The notes below the pieces were generated by a model. It was not told the DNA's origin, made no database searches, and was given only the letters and a program-made list of their open reading frames with translations. Below are positions 9,501 through 18,265 of a stretch of 64,000 bases of DNA, in pieces. The position numbers and the translations under genes are program-made. The DNA comes from a virus (Duplodnaviria; Heunggongvirae; Uroviricota; Caudoviricetes): the IMG/VR virus record IMGVR_UViG_3300017650_000009; one strand, 5' to 3'. The stretch's first letter is position 1, and each line of letters starts with the position of its first letter.

Positions 9501-10097
9501 TTACCCTAGCTTTACCTTAAAGCTATCTGGGTATGTCTGCTCGATAAGCGAATGATTAACACCGGGAACCCATTTTTTCCATTCATCTGACCGAGTTGCT
9601 AGAAAAGTGCGAATCTCTGTCGCACTCGGATATATGTTTTTTGCACGATCCACAATATGCAAACGTCTCAAAACGCCATCCTTTGTGAAATAATTTGCTT
9701 TGGCCTCGGAGGTCTGAAGAATTGGATCATCCTCCGAACCAAGCCAGAACCGACCTTTGTACCACATAGCATCGGCATGTGAGCCGGTGTAATAGTCTGT
9801 GATCTCAGGTAGTTTCATCCCACGAGCTTTTTCCAGGACATAATCGCACCAGCTATTCGAGCCTTGTTCCGCACCAATATCCTGTAGGGGAATAATGCGA
9901 ACACGATTCCCATATACATTGCGGAGCATTTGTTGGCGATCAACTTGTGTCCAAGGGTTTGATGGCTCACTATGTCGACCAGTCGAACCCAACCCGATTG
10001 ACCAAGTCTCATAGTTTTCGTTCATCATGTTAATCGTTGCAGTATGACCAAGATGAAATGGCTGGCCTCTCATGACTGCATGTGCGTGACGGGTCAT
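9501..10097 (-). CDS. nadM: NMN/NaMN adenylyltransferase (NadM-like)
   Basis: RGQPFHLGH (HxGH), IGLGS...SNPW...R..M, YTGS, SATEIR; start moved to ATG at 10097 behind a GGAG RBS. Confidence 0.85.
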   Translation of the reverse strand: MTRHAHAVMRGQPFHLGHTATINMMNENYETWSIGLGSTGRHSEPSNPWTQVDRQQMLRNVYGNRVRIIPLQDIGAEQGSNSWCDYVLEKARGMKLPEITDYYTGSHADAMWYKGRFWLGSEDDPILQTSEAKANYFTKDGVLRRLHIVDRAKNIYPSATEIRTFLATRSDEWKKWVPGVNHSLIEQTYPDSFKVKLG

Positions 10098-10378
10098 GGT
10101 TCGCTCCTTTCGGTACTCACATGATGTTCGCGAATGCAACCTTTACCGCAGCTTTTGTTTTCTGAGGTTGTAATAGCGCCGGGGCAAATCGTCGTATGCA
10201 CGACCTTGCTTGAGATTGCATTTTCCGAATATTCGATTCGATAAACCTTGCAACCCTCAATATTCGCAATGAGTGAGATTAGAGTTTTATTGGCCTCCAC
10301 GGTAGTCGATAGCGCGCCATCAGGTGCACCACAGCCAACCAGTGCCAAAGCCATTGCTGATAAAACAAGTACTCGCAT
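10094..10378 (-). CDS. putative lipoprotein
   Basis: MRVLVLSAMALALVGC lipobox; start at 10378 follows the Nudix stop. Confidence 0.65.
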   Translation of the reverse strand: MRVLVLSAMALALVGCGAPDGALSTTVEANKTLISLIANIEGCKVYRIEYSENAISSKVVHTTICPGAITTSENKSCGKGCIREHHVSTERSEP

Positions 10379-10379
10379 C

Positions 10380-11081
10380 TTACTGGCCCTTTGTAAGTTT
10401 GTCGACAACAGTTTCAATGTCTGCATCAGTGGTCTTGGTCTTACCCGCATTGAGATGCGCACGATAAAATGCAATTGCTTCCTGAGCAAACTTGTCATCG
10501 AAATAACGCTTGAGCGCCTTATTCAGGACGTTTGCGTGATCGAAAGCCATATTAACTGGAATCTGACCCTTAATGTATTTGGCAATAGTTGCCTTTGCGA
10601 GATCATCGCCGGCTTTGATTTTCTTTGCACGATCTTGCGAGATCACAACGTAATAGCAACCATTGACAACATGGCAGCGAGGATCGGTATCGGGCTTCGA
10701 ACTGTTCCAATAAAGCGTGAGCTCCGAAACATCAACGTCCAGATCAAGTTCCTCTTTGAGTTCACGCACCGCAGCCTGTTCGATTGTTTCACCAGCGCGC
10801 ACATGAATTGCAATTTCAGCTTCGCGATCTTCCTCGGCAACGTAAAGTTCCAAGTACTCACGCAGGGACATGTCCTTGCCCTGTACGGTTTTCACAACAT
10901 CGTCAATTGTGATCTTCGGATCAAGAAACCCACCCGGTAGTGAATCGGTATTTGGGTAAGCCGACGACTTTGGTCCACGAACACCGATAACAACGCCAAC
11001 GGAATCCTTTGCGCCATAGTCGACGAGAACAGTAATTGTTGCCGTAACTGCTGGGCGAGGGAACTGATATTTGAATGACAT
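10380..11081 (-). CDS. Nudix hydrolase, ADP-ribose pyrophosphatase-like
   Basis: PRPAVT, SLPGGF, Nudix box GETIEQAAVRELKEELDL, DPR, AGDD, MAFDH. Confidence 0.85.
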   Translation of the reverse strand: MSFKYQFPRPAVTATITVLVDYGAKDSVGVVIGVRGPKSSAYPNTDSLPGGFLDPKITIDDVVKTVQGKDMSLREYLELYVAEEDREAEIAIHVRAGETIEQAAVRELKEELDLDVDVSELTLYWNSSKPDTDPRCHVVNGCYYVVISQDRAKKIKAGDDLAKATIAKYIKGQIPVNMAFDHANVLNKALKRYFDDKFAQEAIAFYRAHLNAGKTKTTDADIETVVDKLTKGQ

Positions 11082-11140
11082 TGTTATCTCCTGTTGTTTC
11101 TTAATGTCAACTTAGCAGAACTGGAAGATTTGTCAACCAG

Positions 11141-11320
11141 TTATTCCTGAATTACAAGCATACGATGCAATGCGTTATCCACGTTAAGCCAAACACTTTG
11201 CTTCCATGCATCTGTTGCTTTTTCGAGAGTTTCGAAAGGACCATAAATCTCTTCTTTGCCCTCTTGAACTTCACTAAATGTAAAGTCTTTATGAACACCA
11301 CCACGAACCATGTATGCCAT
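11141..11320 (-). CDS. DUF4170-like small protein (absent from the ORF track)
   Basis: hand translation MAYMVRGGVHKDFTF...EEIYGPFETLEKATDAWKQSVWLNVDNALHRMLVIQE; GGAG RBS. Confidence 0.7.
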   Translation of the reverse strand: MAYMVRGGVHKDFTFSEVQEGKEEIYGPFETLEKATDAWKQSVWLNVDNALHRMLVIQE

Positions 11321-11332
11321 TAGCTTTGCTCC

Positions 11333-11638
11333 TTACATCGCATATGTTTCAACGGTATCAAGTACATTGATTTTATTCAGTTTCACCAATTCGAGGATCT
11401 GACCAAGCGACCAAACATCTTCAAAGGTGCCTTCAAGCGGATTTGAACCTTGTTGTATTTTAAACTCTTCAAATTCTTCTGGAGACATTGAATACTCAAG
11501 TAAATCCCACGAAGTGAATGTATCGAAGTTCATTGAACGGATATCATGTATATCAAGTTTATCCCATTCAGTTTGGTCAACCATGTAATAGGCCATTGAA
11601 TCGTCCCAAAGACCAATTAAATAAACATCGTGGACCAT
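11333..11638 (-). CDS. hypothetical acidic protein
   Basis: 101-aa ORF packed within the operon. Confidence 0.65.
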   Translation of the reverse strand: MVHDVYLIGLWDDSMAYYMVDQTEWDKLDIHDIRSMNFDTFTSWDLLEYSMSPEEFEEFKIQQGSNPLEGTFEDVWSLGQILELVKLNKINVLDTVETYAM

Positions 11639-11869
11639 TTATTCCTCCAATAGCTCCAGAGTATCGAAGTCGAATCGCCATAACGTGAAAGGAATGGTTA
11701 CCGAAGTCAAATGAATTCGTTCAACACGATCCCAATCCGTTGGTGTTTCCCCGTACATGCGCTTGGCTTTAATTGCAGCGGCATGGACATTGTCCGCCTC
11801 TACAGTTTCGCCTGGCTTGATTTTGTATGAATCTTTGCCACGCTTATACGTGAGAATATAGCTTTCCAT
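11639..11869 (-). CDS. hypothetical protein
   Basis: start reassigned to the TAATG overlap at 11869. Confidence 0.6.
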   Translation of the reverse strand: MESYILTYKRGKDSYKIKPGETVEADNVHAAAIKAKRMYGETPTDWDRVERIHLTSVTIPFTLWRFDFDTLELLEE

Positions 11870-12138
11870 TAGTCGCCCTCGTAGATCCATACGTTATCTT
11901 CACGGGTAATATTGATGCCGTACTTCTGAACGGCCGCGATCAGATCACGAACATTGCCGAAGCGGGCAGGTTTACCACCCAACATTGCTGGTTCGATATC
12001 ATCGCGGACTTCGCCGTATTGGCAGAACTGATCATCTACCGCAGCTTCTCCTGCGGCATCGAAGAGTTCGTAGCTGGCATCTGGATCACCGTGATCATGT
12101 GTCGTGAGAAGCATAAGATCCATTTGATTTCTCCTCAA
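11869..12138 (-). CDS. hypothetical protein
   Basis: 89-aa ORF overlapping the pncB stop. Confidence 0.65.
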   Translation of the reverse strand: MRRNQMDLMLLTTHDHGDPDASYELFDAAGEAAVDDQFCQYGEVRDDIEPAMLGGKPARFGNVRDLIAAVQKYGINITREDNVWIYEGD

Positions 12139-13454
12139 ACTGTAACCGGTGCGTTTTCAACACCTTCTGCGCCAAACACATTGCGGTAACGCTGAATTTC
12201 CTCAGGCGTACCTGTTGCCTTCGTGTAGTTGTCCGAAAGCTTAACAGCTGGTCGGCCATTGGCTTCCTTCACCTTACATACGAGCGAGATCGGAGCAAGA
12301 TCCTGCTGCCTATCAGCACGTGGATGGCAACCTCTGAAATCATTCGTCAACAGCGTACCCCAGCCAAAGCCGACTCGCATCTGACCCTGGAATGTGCGCT
12401 GAAGGTTGTAAATGTCTTCGGCATCCAAACCATCCGAGAACAATCCGAGTTTGGTCTTCGGATCAACACCACGAGCTGTCCACCAGTCGATTGTTTCCTG
12501 ACCCGCAGTGAGTGGGTCCTTGCTGTCGTAGCGGAAACCAGTCCAATCAGCGAGCCAATCCGGCGCATCCTTTAGGAACTGTGTCGTTCCAAACGTATCA
12601 GGAAGCGCGACCAGCAATGCCTGGCTATACGTGTTAGCCCACTTGATCAACACATCGTACTGGCTTTGCTTGAGCTCCTCGTCGGTGTTGGCCAGCGTTG
12701 CAAGAACCATTGGAAGTTCGTGTGCGTTGGTACCCTTTGCTTCCAAGTTGTGCTTCATTGCCAGGTATGCATTCGACGTGCCTGTGAATTTGTCGCCCAG
12801 TGCCTCTTGTGCTGCCTGAACTGCCCATTCCTGCCACAAGAAGCTGTGACGGCGGCGTGTACCGAAGTCGGTCAGGTTGAGCTCAGGGAGCTGATTCAAA
12901 AGCGCAAACTTATCCCAAAGTTTGGTCTTTGCACGAGCATACATGATGTCCAGCTCAAACTTGCTCATGCTACGCATTGCAGCACGAATGCGCATTTCGT
13001 TGATGATGCTGAGCGCGTAGATTTCCCAAAGCGTAACTTCGAGCCATGTACCACTGAATTCCAGCGTAAGTGCATCTGGTTCAGTAGTATCGATTTTTCC
13101 ATATAAGGTATAATCGGGAAGCCTGAATGTGCGGAGATATTCGATGAACTCAGGTTCAAACATTCCGGTCTTGCCGTAGAACGTATTGCCCTGGAGCCAG
13201 ATGAGTTCAGTATTGGTGAAACGGAGATCCTTCACAAAGTCGAGCTGCGCACGTAGTTCAGTATAGGAAATATCCTGGTGCAAGCTGACTTTCTTTGTGC
13301 GATTCTTCAACGCAAACGTTACTGGAACATCCGCGTAATGCTTGAAGATAAACTGCATCATAAGCAGTTTATAAAAATCAGTATCCAGGAGCGAACGGAC
13401 GATTGGGTCCAAACGATAATTGTGATTGTGAACTCGGGTAGCAATATCGATCAT
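12135..13454 (-). CDS. pncB: nicotinate phosphoribosyltransferase
   Basis: SLLDTDFYKLLM, DFGTRRRHS, GTSN, GTNAHE (phospho-His), LPDTFGT, RYDSKDP, FSDGL, FGWGTLLTND, AVKLSDN. Confidence 0.95.
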   Translation of the reverse strand: MIDIATRVHNHNYRLDPIVRSLLDTDFYKLLMMQFIFKHYADVPVTFALKNRTKKVSLHQDISYTELRAQLDFVKDLRFTNTELIWLQGNTFYGKTGMFEPEFIEYLRTFRLPDYTLYGKIDTTEPDALTLEFSGTWLEVTLWEIYALSIINEMRIRAAMRSMSKFELDIMYARAKTKLWDKFALLNQLPELNLTDFGTRRRHSFLWQEWAVQAAQEALGDKFTGTSNAYLAMKHNLEAKGTNAHELPMVLATLANTDEELKQSQYDVLIKWANTYSQALLVALPDTFGTTQFLKDAPDWLADWTGFRYDSKDPLTAGQETIDWWTARGVDPKTKLGLFSDGLDAEDIYNLQRTFQGQMRVGFGWGTLLTNDFRGCHPRADRQQDLAPISLVCKVKEANGRPAVKLSDNYTKATGTPEEIQRYRNVFGAEGVENAPVTV

Positions 13455-13533
13455 TTTTTTGATCTCCTCTTATTTCCGTTATGGTTGCATTAGCATGGGT
13501 TCAAAACCAATGCAACCACTTGGGAAGTTATAT

Positions 13534-14364
13534 TCAATTATTCACTGGAGCCGCTGGTAGAGCGCGTTTGTGTGCGCTTTTCTCATATGTTTCGATGATA
13601 TGTAGGGCAGCATCTGGATCGATTTGCTTGCCTTCTAGGAAATCATCGATTTCGTCGTAAGTGACACCAAAGGCATCTTCATCAGGAAGCCCTGGATTTT
13701 CACTTTCGAGATCGGCTGTTGGAGTTTTGAATACGAGGAAATCGGGCGCACCCATGTTTGTGCCAAGTGCGCGAACTCGTCGTTTGTTGAGACCAGCAAG
13801 TGGAATAACGTCGGCAGCACCATCACCAAACTTAGTGTAAAAGCCCATAAGTGCTTCGGCCGAATGATCAGTGCCGATAACAACGCCACCGGCTTCTGCT
13901 GCAATCGCATATTGCGCAATCATGCGCTGACGAGCCTTAATGTTTCCAACATGGAAATCCATGTTTGGTCCCATATATCCGATGGCCTGTGCCATCGCAT
14001 CAGTTGCTGGCTTGATATCCACGGTTAGAATATCGTCAGGTTTAATGAAGTCCAAGCAAGCTTGGGCGTCGGCTTCATCGCGTTGTGTTCCGTATGGTAA
14101 ACGGACTGCAATGAAGCGAGCTCTTATTCCTTCTTTGCGTAAGCGAGTGGCTGCTTCTTGTGCAAGCAAGCCTGTAACCAGCGAATCAACGCCACCGCTG
14201 ATTCCGAGGACAAAAGCTTTTAGCTTTGCAGTGCGAGCGTAATTAACGAGGAAATCGACGCGAGCATTATATTCGGTTTCTGCGTCAAATGTATGAAGAA
14301 CGTCTAGTTCTTTAATGATGCGAGCCTGGGTGGCTGCTATATCGATGATTGTCATGATCCTCAC
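13534..14364 (-). CDS. nadE: NH3-dependent NAD+ synthetase
   Basis: LGISGGVDS, GNIKARQRMIAQY, GTDHSAE, FYTKFGDGAAD, PTADLE, DEDAFG, HKR; true start may be ATG at 14355. Confidence 0.95.
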   Translation of the reverse strand: MRIMTIIDIAATQARIIKELDVLHTFDAETEYNARVDFLVNYARTAKLKAFVLGISGGVDSLVTGLLAQEAATRLRKEGIRARFIAVRLPYGTQRDEADAQACLDFIKPDDILTVDIKPATDAMAQAIGYMGPNMDFHVGNIKARQRMIAQYAIAAEAGGVVIGTDHSAEALMGFYTKFGDGAADVIPLAGLNKRRVRALGTNMGAPDFLVFKTPTADLESENPGLPDEDAFGVTYDEIDDFLEGKQIDPDAALHIIETYEKSAHKRALPAAPVNN

Positions 14365-14470
14365 CTTAATGGGCCATTTACATTATGAAAGTGTAATAAG
14401 TGGCCGTAACCAGTTTATTCACTTCCAATTATGCTTTTATTTATACATTAGCTCGACACCAAAGTCAAGC

Positions 14471-14977
14471 TTAAAATATTAAATCGTCATCGCCTTTGGG
14501 CTTTTCGTATTTGAGTTTCAAATGAACTGCTTCTTTCTCCAATCCAAGCATTTGAATTTCGTCAACTGAAAGCTTTTTCAAAGCATTATATTTTTGTACT
14601 TCGAGGTATTCATCTGTCGACAAGTTGACCGATTGAATCGTCGTAGCTTGATGTATAAGAATCAGACGAACATCCTGCTGTCGGAATTGCCGTTTGATAT
14701 TTTCGTATGCTTTGATAACAAGCTCAGGATCGTTTGGGTCGATAGTTGCTGCTCTATCAATCGTGTTTACGATCATTGCGTCGCCAAGACGATGCACATT
14801 CCCTCTTGTGATGTGAGAAGTTGTCCGGAAGTCATATGCTGAAATGAAGGACATGTTAGCAAAATATGAGGATTCCTCATGTACTGAGTTCACTAGGACA
14901 AATATAGCCAGTTCATGTTCGGTTGTTCCGTTGATTTGTCCATCAACTTCAGTAAATGAACCGCGTTCAAACTGCAT
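14471..14977 (-). CDS. hypothetical protein
   Basis: 168-aa ORF overlapping the upstream gene. Confidence 0.7.
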   Translation of the reverse strand: MQFERGSFTEVDGQINGTTEHELAIFVLVNSVHEESSYFANMSFISAYDFRTTSHITRGNVHRLGDAMIVNTIDRAATIDPNDPELVIKAYENIKRQFRQQDVRLILIHQATTIQSVNLSTDEYLEVQKYNALKKLSVDEIQMLGLEKEAVHLKLKYEKPKGDDDLIF

Positions 14978-15512
14978 CGTCGGTCTCCAGCAAAGTGTTG
15001 ATATCGAACACTTTTACATTTGCATTCATTGCCAACTTATATGCGATAGCATCCGCTTTATCAGCAAAAGCCAAACACATGCCTGTTTGTCGATACTTGG
15101 CCTTTTTGATTTTCATTGACGCCAATGCATCAGCAATTATTGGTCGATACTCGGCCGTCTTATATATGGGAACTTCAAGTGCAGTGACGATTGGAAATTG
15201 GTCGGCATCATTTGCTTTATCAATCTTTGCAATTAAATTTGCAAAGTCTTCGCCGTGCTTGCGATTCAATTCTTTGTTTCGAGTAATACGTGCACCGATT
15301 GCTTCCATCGATTCCGTGCTTGTCGGTAATAGTTCATAGGTGACCATTTCGCAACCCTCGTAAACCTTTGATACGTTTACGATTGCAAGGTGCCCGTTAA
15401 TGCTTTGGGTATTTTTCCAAACCTTACCTTTGGCTGTGAAATATGGGCGGTGACCACCGTCGCTGAACTTACCATCGCTGATGCGACGAATCTTGAAAAT
15501 CTTTTCAGTCAT
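14967..15512 (-). CDS. hypothetical protein, paralog of 792..1394
   Basis: 181-aa ORF behind a sigma70 promoter; LAFADKADAIAYKL motif. Confidence 0.8.
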   Translation of the reverse strand: MTEKIFKIRRISDGKFSDGGHRPYFTAKGKVWKNTQSINGHLAIVNVSKVYEGCEMVTYELLPTSTESMEAIGARITRNKELNRKHGEDFANLIAKIDKANDADQFPIVTALEVPIYKTAEYRPIIADALASMKIKKAKYRQTGMCLAFADKADAIAYKLAMNANVKVFDINTLLETDDAV

Positions 15513-15540
15513 AAAATTATCCCAATGTTACGTTGCTCGC

Positions 15541-15569
15541 TCTATAACATTGGGATAATTTTATGTCAA
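15541..15569 (-). promoter_or_regulatory. sigma70-type promoter
   Basis: TTGACA-N17-TATAGA on the minus strand. Confidence 0.6.
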
Positions 15570-16985
15570 TTATAATGCAATACGCCACATTCCAGGCTGA
15601 TATATACCGGCCATAGTAACAACCCACTGTCCTCCAACCCATGAGATTTGCTTGCCACTTTTCTTATTCAAAACGGTGTGTTGCTTGGTTGTTTCACTCG
15701 CATCGAACGCAACAGTCCACAAACCATTGCCAAGATATTCAATGATATCATTGGTTTGTGCGTGGAATTCTCCCCACGCAATTGTTGTGTTACCATCTGA
15801 GCCAATATCATTGATGACCATGTAACGATGACCAACCACTAATGGTGGCAACGGATTCTCTGGTGGGTTTACAGTATTTGGTCCAACCGGCCATGATTTC
15901 AATGGATCAATGATACCATCAATCGCTGGTAAGTCATTTGCTGGTAGTGTAGTAATATCAACAGTATAGTGGATTTTATTGTCATGATCTGCATCAATTT
16001 GAATAACACCAACGATGTCGGAATCATGATCATCCATATCTTCATTTGTTTTCAAAAGTAAACGACTGACGCCCGGTACATATTTGTCATAATACTCATC
16101 AAACAAGTAGGTGAAACTATATGGATTACCATTTGCATCATAAGGACTACCATTTTCACCCAATAGTGTAATTTCGTTACCGTCGACTCGAATGCAATGA
16201 TTGCCCGGTGTAACAATACTACGAGCCATAACATCACCACGCGCCCAATCTATTGCTGCGGTATCAAAGTCTTCATTACCATCCAAGCTTACGCTTCGAG
16301 CCTCGCTAATATTGGTAATAATCTGCTCGATGATTCTCTGACGTTGGACCTTAGCTGGTGGATTAATCCATACTGGTAGTCTAAATGTGAGTGAACTGAT
16401 TTCGATTTCAGTTGATGTACCAATGGGTATTCCACGAGATGACCAACTAATATTCTTCAATTCCATAATAGATAATGCGGTCCAATCCAAAGCATTAGTA
16501 TTCGCTTGTAGATCGATAGATGGATTAAACAGCACTAGCAGTTGTTCCATAAGCTGGTGCTTTTGTTGTTCGTTTGTGGTCCAAATATCAACTTGGATAT
16601 TAAGATCATATGGAACTGGCATCATACGTTCTACAGTGTATGACTTTCCTCGGTACTCAGTATATTTGCCTGAACTTTTGTCGACCTCACGCTCAACCAC
16701 GTTTCTAGTATCAACATGGTTGGGCGCTTGGCGACGATCACTTGCCATCTCAATACTTGTAATAAAACAAGATATTTGTGGAGTTGACATTGCAACGTTC
16801 TCACTATTATTCCCAAGAATGGCCGCTACTTGACGATCTTGTGTCGCCCATACAACAGGTACAACACGAAACTTGGGTGTGCCATCATCATTCTTTCCGA
16901 ATGCAACTTGAAACCCACTAAATGCGCGTTGAATCTGAACAATATACTGACGTAGCTGTCCGTCATAGAAATAATCGAGAGCCAT
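15570..16985 (-). CDS. tail completion/sheath stabilizer (T4 gp15-like)
   Basis: YFYDGQLRQYI..F..F, VPVVWA, P.IS..ITSI..A.DR, PVPYDLN.QVDIW...E.Q..QL.EQLL.LFNP. Confidence 0.8.
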   Translation of the reverse strand: MALDYFYDGQLRQYIVQIQRAFSGFQVAFGKNDDGTPKFRVVPVVWATQDRQVAAILGNNSENVAMSTPQISCFITSIEMASDRRQAPNHVDTRNVVEREVDKSSGKYTEYRGKSYTVERMMPVPYDLNIQVDIWTTNEQQKHQLMEQLLVLFNPSIDLQANTNALDWTALSIMELKNISWSSRGIPIGTSTEIEISSLTFRLPVWINPPAKVQRQRIIEQIITNISEARSVSLDGNEDFDTAAIDWARGDVMARSIVTPGNHCIRVDGNEITLLGENGSPYDANGNPYSFTYLFDEYYDKYVPGVSRLLLKTNEDMDDHDSDIVGVIQIDADHDNKIHYTVDITTLPANDLPAIDGIIDPLKSWPVGPNTVNPPENPLPPLVVGHRYMVINDIGSDGNTTIAWGEFHAQTNDIIEYLGNGLWTVAFDASETTKQHTVLNKKSGKQISWVGGQWVVTMAGIYQPGMWRIAL

Positions 16986-16993
16986 TGTATTCC

Positions 16994-17428
16994 TTATCTG
17001 TTTGCAAACATGTCAGCTTCGGCCTGGCGACGACGAGTCAAACCATTAAGAACTTTCCCGCCGGCTTTATTCCAACGCAAGAACTGTTCTGGTGCCAATT
17101 CAAAACGACCATTGTTGATCACTTTAAGCAAAGTGGAACCAGCAAAGTTTGTTTCACCCAAATTGTAGACAAAGCTTGCCAACGCATCGAACTGATTCTG
17201 AGTCAACGGAACCTTTACTAGGCGATTGATTGCGTTCTCGAACATTTCGAGATCCTTTTGTAGGAGGGCAACAGCCTGTGCTTCTGTGATCTTCTGACCC
17301 ATCTTGACACCACGGGTAGTACCGTAACCGATTGTTGGAACACGAACCGCATCCAAGTAAGCATCAGCGCGGAAACCCTCAAAGCTTTTAATTAGGTTTA
17401 CACCTTTAATTGACGTTTTTCTAGACAT
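16994..17428 (-). CDS. endolysin, GH24 phage lysozyme
   Basis: IKSFEGFRADAYLD...PTIGYGTT, QNQFDALASFVYNLG, GL.RRR.AE. Confidence 0.92.
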   Translation of the reverse strand: MSRKTSIKGVNLIKSFEGFRADAYLDAVRVPTIGYGTTRGVKMGQKITEAQAVALLQKDLEMFENAINRLVKVPLTQNQFDALASFVYNLGETNFAGSTLLKVINNGRFELAPEQFLRWNKAGGKVLNGLTRRRQAEADMFANR

Positions 17429-17460
17429 TTCGATCCTCCTTTTAGAAAAATATTCCTATA

Positions 17461-17466
17461 TATTTA
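17461..17466 (-). promoter_or_regulatory. late promoter core TAAATA for the lysozyme/gp15 operon
   Basis: TATTTA on the plus strand, 33 nt upstream of 17428. Confidence 0.55.
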
Positions 17467-17473
17467 TCAGTGG

Positions 17474-17500
17474 TTGACATAGGAAGTCTTTGTGTTAAAT
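17474..17500 (+). promoter_or_regulatory. sigma70-type promoter
   Basis: TTGACA...TGTTAAAT. Confidence 0.55.
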
Positions 17501-17603
17501 ATAGAGCATAACAGGAAACGGGCACGGAGCCCACAATAGGAGACACTGCGGTGTTTGAGAAGACGCACTTCCGTTAGGTAGACTAACCTAATGGAGAAAA
17601 CAA

Positions 17604-18086
17604 ATGGCATACATGGTCAACTACGGGCACTTTCTGTCCCCGACTGTTTACGAAACCTACGATGATTTGATCTATCACTTCTGGTATGAAATTGCCGACG
17701 GAAGATTTGATCGCTTCACGATCATCGACACATATGATCGTCAGCCGATCGACAAAGAACACTTTCTTAACTATGCGTGGAACAAATACTACGCACGTCG
17801 TAAAGAAAACTATCATCGTCGTCTCGGTAATTACGAATTCCGCCGTGAACCAATTCGTGGTACCGGCAAACGCAAACGTGCTGGATATCGTTATTATCGT
17901 CATCCAAAAACTCTGAATGAACTCAAAGCACTTTCCGGTGTTAAAGCTGATGAAGAATTGCGCGAGTACAAAATCAAACACGGACGTTGCAAAGCTGACA
18001 TTCCAACCTCATGGGATGACTTGGGTCGTCGCAATATTAATGATCGCAGCTGGAAGAATTTCCGAAAGCATCAGTGGAAGGACTAA
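17604..18086 (+). CDS. basic conserved phage hypothetical protein
   Basis: RHPKTLNE...PTSWDD...RSWKNFRKHQWK; GGAG RBS. Confidence 0.75.
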   Translation: MAYMVNYGHFLSPTVYETYDDLIYHFWYEIADGRFDRFTIIDTYDRQPIDKEHFLNYAWNKYYARRKENYHRRLGNYEFRREPIRGTGKRKRAGYRYYRHPKTLNELKALSGVKADEELREYKIKHGRCKADIPTSWDDLGRRNINDRSWKNFRKHQWKD

Positions 18087-18265
18087 TGGCTTACAGGCCC
18101 GGACAAAAGAGTAAAGCGATTTGTGAAACATGTGGTGGAATTCAAAACACAACTTTTGTGCTGCATTGGATAACAATTCGCAACAAAATGAGAAGAACAC
18201 TTGCCGCAAAATGTGACAAGTGTTCTTCCATTCTAGCTTATGCTAATCTTAAAAATCGGCCCTAG
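18086..18265 (+). CDS. small Zn-ribbon protein
   Basis: CETC...CDKC; TAATG coupling to the upstream gene. Confidence 0.6.
   Translation: MAYRPGQKSKAICETCGGIQNTTFVLHWITIRNKMRRTLAAKCDKCSSILAYANLKNRP

Noticed and set aside
10248-10940. Long antisense ORFs (e.g. 10248..10940 +, 4638..5366 -, 48051..48719 -)
   Set aside because: They are shadow frames opposite well-supported genes, with no RBS or motifs.
10380-11081. NrtR transcriptional regulator call for the Nudix gene
   Set aside because: No recognisable C-terminal winged-helix domain follows the Nudix domain.
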